This document shows, one piece after another, positions 63,201-64,000 of a DNA stretch of 64,000 bases. A program made the translations under genes and the position numbers. The stretch comes from a bacterium (GTDB lineage: Bacteria; Oederibacteriota; PGYV01): contig JAKQNO010000123.1 of NCBI GenBank assembly GCA_029565735.1, positions 2,474 to 66,473 on the forward strand, given 5' to 3'. The notes beneath the pieces were generated by a model. The model was not told where the DNA came from and made no database searches. It saw only the letters and a list, made by a program, of their open reading frames with translations. Positions within the stretch are counted from its first letter, which is position 1. The number at the start of each line of letters is the position of its first letter.

Positions 63201-64000
63201 ATTACTCTCTGTTACTGTCCTGCTCCCCCATTCATCTGATACATTACCTTCATATGTCCACACATCAGTAAACTGGTTATTATCAAAGTGGTCAAAAAAT
63301 ATCATTCCGCCGGGAGTTGGCGTCACCGTCAGCGTCTCGGTTATTGTATTTGTAACCGTAACTGTCGGCGTAGCAGCAGGAGTGCTTAATTTTATTTCAA
63401 ACTTCTGTACTCTGCCGTTCAAATTGTCGCATACATATAAATAATTACCGCTGAACCCTATGCCGCAGGGATTATAAAAATATCCCGGGACAGTGCCATA
63501 TTTTCCAAGCATACCGGCGTAAACGCCGTCTTTGGTAAACACCTGAATCCTGTTTCCGCTTCCAGCGATACTGCTGTTATTTTTTTCTACAACATAAATC
63601 AGGCCATTCGGACCAACACCCAAATGCACGGGGTATGTTATATAACCCTCGCCTGTATTGCCGGAAGACGCCGGTGTACCCAGATTTCTTAATAATGAAT
63701 AATTTGTTTTATCATATACTTTCACATTATTCCAATTCTGATTACTTATGTATATTTCATTACTTTCCACTTTCATCCCTGTGGGCGATAAATCAGACAA
63801 CGATGTTTCCGACAAAGCAGTTGTAGGCGTGCTTCCAAGATTAGCGTAAGTCCGCCATTCCACTGTTGCCGCATCAAATGTTTTTATTTTTGCAGTGCCA
63901 TAATTATATGCCGTGTATATAATTCCTTCCTTTATATCTATCGAAGTATATACAGCATTTGCAGCTGATTCTAAAAGTATATAATTATCCCCGGCCCATG
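57255..64000 (-). CDS. giant multidomain cell-surface protein (>2200 aa, 5'-truncated by window)
   Basis: NHL repeats and FN3. Two CBM3-like modules (motifs RYWYK..., RFNK.DWSAYNQ.ND.SF, W.K.TVY..G..VWG.EP). Thr/Glu-rich linkers. C-terminal Por/T9SS-type sorting domain (NYPNPCSENTTIRFSL...GIYILKV). The reading frame stays open to position 64000. The apparent start at 63863 is GTG and no signal peptide is present, so the true N-terminus lies beyond the window. Confidence 0.8.
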   Translation of the reverse strand, partial: WAGDNYILLESAANAVYTSIDIKEGIIYTAYNYGTAKIKTFDAATVEWRTYANLGSTPTTALSETSLSDLSPTGMKVESNEIYISNQNWNNVKVYDKTNYSLLRNLGTPASSGNTGEGYITYPVHLGVGPNGLIYVVEKNNSSIAGSGNRIQVFTKDGVYAGMLGKYGTVPGYFYNPCGIGFSGNYLYVCDNLNGRVQKFEIKLSTPAATPTVTVTNTITETLTVTPTPGGMIFFDHFDNNQFTDVWTYEGNVSDEWGSRTVTESNSQIRFQLTDNFYYMNFVRKCGISRDRGSSDVVEIKALVKVNTSSTEAGLILCGDTFGTGYSASLSKDGDFVIRKGDVIVQDTNVSYQQGQYYLISFKRNDNTFTASFYTTSGVLIEEVKYTDSAYTYTANTKYSMFMITQGLSSGTADFEYFGAYTSVQPVYTPTTTFTASITPTVTATPTITITSTETPENMLCYDHFDDADISGWTKQVYFAAWEINESGTDAVFDYINQRADISEHAELIKNFSSSDIQIIARVRASTEFSEAGVIVRNSGVSGEIHTGIAAFLNEDGYFELRSRSLSYTTTERAVSSVTFERNMYFIVHIKAEGALIKADFYDDSYTFLTTLSITTESFLNNTYAGIYAGKGEGALTGSVQADWIQVHNNSKVIFTPSETGTATLTLTETQSQTLTETITMTWSLTFTRTPSYTMTDTPSPTVTETATETLTITPTWSITETYIINGTFTVSQTATPTRTSTTQVTETATATGTTSNTPTVTLTPYPGDMLVFDHFDDNSWENYWIKVFGGYWDITETGTEIGFEYTGSYDYESRCLVVREAGITDGEATAKIKLGSAYTSAGVSIKGGSQSNEGYAALVTGNGKLRIIKGDNSILSETDIPGFDIAQYYLVQMVYDGGGLSAVLYTGNHIEIMTVAVTGNDTEYGAYTTAGLCVIKEEGNYEASASADWVEVHTGHLAIYTFTPTLTITGTNTQSATETITQTMTETVTETATSTVTETITETMTNTVTETETATITETGTQSHTETLTQTITETSTETTTSTITETAKETVTETATETVTETATETCTETISSTITETVTGTATSSMTDTVTETATQTATETGTETITETTTGTQTSTVTETCTPENTYTVTITSTETITLTYTLTPTNTPDHLEIAWPQTGFDSQHTGYSAIPGPVDALNNVWNFIVPDSPPLGNIVVDNENNVYFHTVADTSKIYRIAPDGTSDFVTVKDGYSSIALGMNNHLYYGEHSSEFYGVKAINRADGADVWEYNLQWDYSGLFVTHNIQVDYPGYVYVSSIDAGLRKFKDNGTLPPTDEWQGKTLGTHLFTRMSGYDAAIDSAGYVYFAEPMINVGTNAPEGLKIVRYNSNGDLDSRTEMDLGIDYSMYAEFLIDEQRNRIFVHTRDTSEAYVYILINRDLTGGILDVINTGYVYSGGIDDIIPPLGAIYKDTGELFYAGNVVPWYLENVTGEFNPSNYEGNDLAGLFSYNYDGSNNHSILRYFTGYYEAGTEPDIAADITSDIVVDSLGKVYFGTDHEFYILQKGTNGTLSRIFTEGQKTHVAVANNRAYFNVGSSISCLAVTTPVAIAPPDPLPPQNATASVSPDGTVVLVWDMDTIKANVYMLNNPYIRLNDDEPVTGNTYTVTGLTAGVEYTFIITAIDEYDQESVPSNPVIFLYGTPTITDTPTITQTATITETNTITETSTVTATETVTQTSTAVMDITLLFKTDNVSAETNSPHPQFRLVNNDSRALDLSAVEIRYWYKYDGLAGSETALIDSANKLPGGENIAANTSALITPANQGCGQDRYFSVLFSGSCGTLVQNGYVDVNTRFNKQDWSAYNQENDYSFGAVSNYSVWDKITVYINGVIAWGIEPTECTPTAVITPSETQTVTPEVTSTKTETASCTETFTVSFTATETITETGTSTMTVTDSVTKTHTVTATQTDTATCTATPTVTETCTETHTLQAVFTATITMTPPAVALRIENKSTDINLNTNSPHPNFRLYNDGGAIDLSRVEIRYWYKFDGDYTTEQAWKDYVAKQPSGTVIADYTALEIISGSFADYQDRYLKISFASGAGVLQSGEYAEIQTRFNKADWSAYNQGNDHSFLNSTNYTSWDKVTVYVDGVKVWGSEPGMGILSISKYLKTEEFEGISGANTYNYPNPCSENTTIRFSLDKKTDISIVIFDITGKKVFVQEYAAADTRPGINTIRWDLKNSTGRQAANGIYILKVITPEKIITKKIAVIR
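60596..61226. repeat. Intragenic low-complexity tandem codon repeats encoding the (T-E-T-x-T) linker; a second block lies at 57983-58256
   Basis: ACnGTnACnGAn periodicity. Produces the spurious plus-strand Val/Ser-rich ORF 60391-61176. Confidence 0.6.

Overview
This 64 kb stretch appears to come from an anaerobic, diderm bacterium. Every credible gene (about 53) lies on the minus strand; the plus-strand ORFs in the track are antisense or low-complexity artefacts. The outer-membrane features (TonB-dependent receptor, MreBCD/PBP2/RodA, a T9SS-type C-terminal sorting domain) together with fermentative and syntrophic metabolism suggest an uncultivated FCB-superphylum-like lineage. Gene content in order from low to high coordinates (reverse of the transcription direction): iorB-paaK for aryl-acid fermentation, with no iorA present; a PfkB sugar kinase; ackA-pta; hldD; an AT-rich island of three secreted hypothetical proteins; a hydrogenase locus rex-hydC-hydB-hydA (electron-bifurcating [FeFe] hydrogenase) followed by a PAS-containing sensory [FeFe] hydrogenase (HydS/HfsB-like) and a PP2C-type phosphatase; a 63-aa cysteine-rich protein; rng-rodA-mrdA-mreD-mreC-mreB led by an unusual membrane-anchored lysine-rich mini-protein; a cobalamin-riboswitch-controlled B12 salvage and uptake operon (cobC-like, cobO, btuFCD-like ABC transporter, TonB-dependent receptor); a ferredoxin; tsaC; purE; purD; a GH57 glucan hydrolase; a PMT/ArnT-like GT-C glycosyltransferase; ligA; cysE; a YD-repeat lipoprotein; folC; accD; a GAF-GAF-HD-GYP phosphodiesterase; trpDCFBA without trpEG; tatD; metG; ricT(yaaT)-holB-tmk; and a >2200-aa multidomain surface protein with NHL, FN3, two CBM3-like modules, Thr-rich linkers and a T9SS sorting domain, cut off by the window edge. 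There are no rRNA, tRNA, CRISPR, transposase or integrase genes. The main feature not explained by the genes is a family of modular, mosaic, hairpin-forming repeats that occupies nearly every longer intergenic spacer. It includes a 30-bp perfect palindrome present three times and a 14-bp microsatellite-like array placed directly against a consensus sigma70 promoter.
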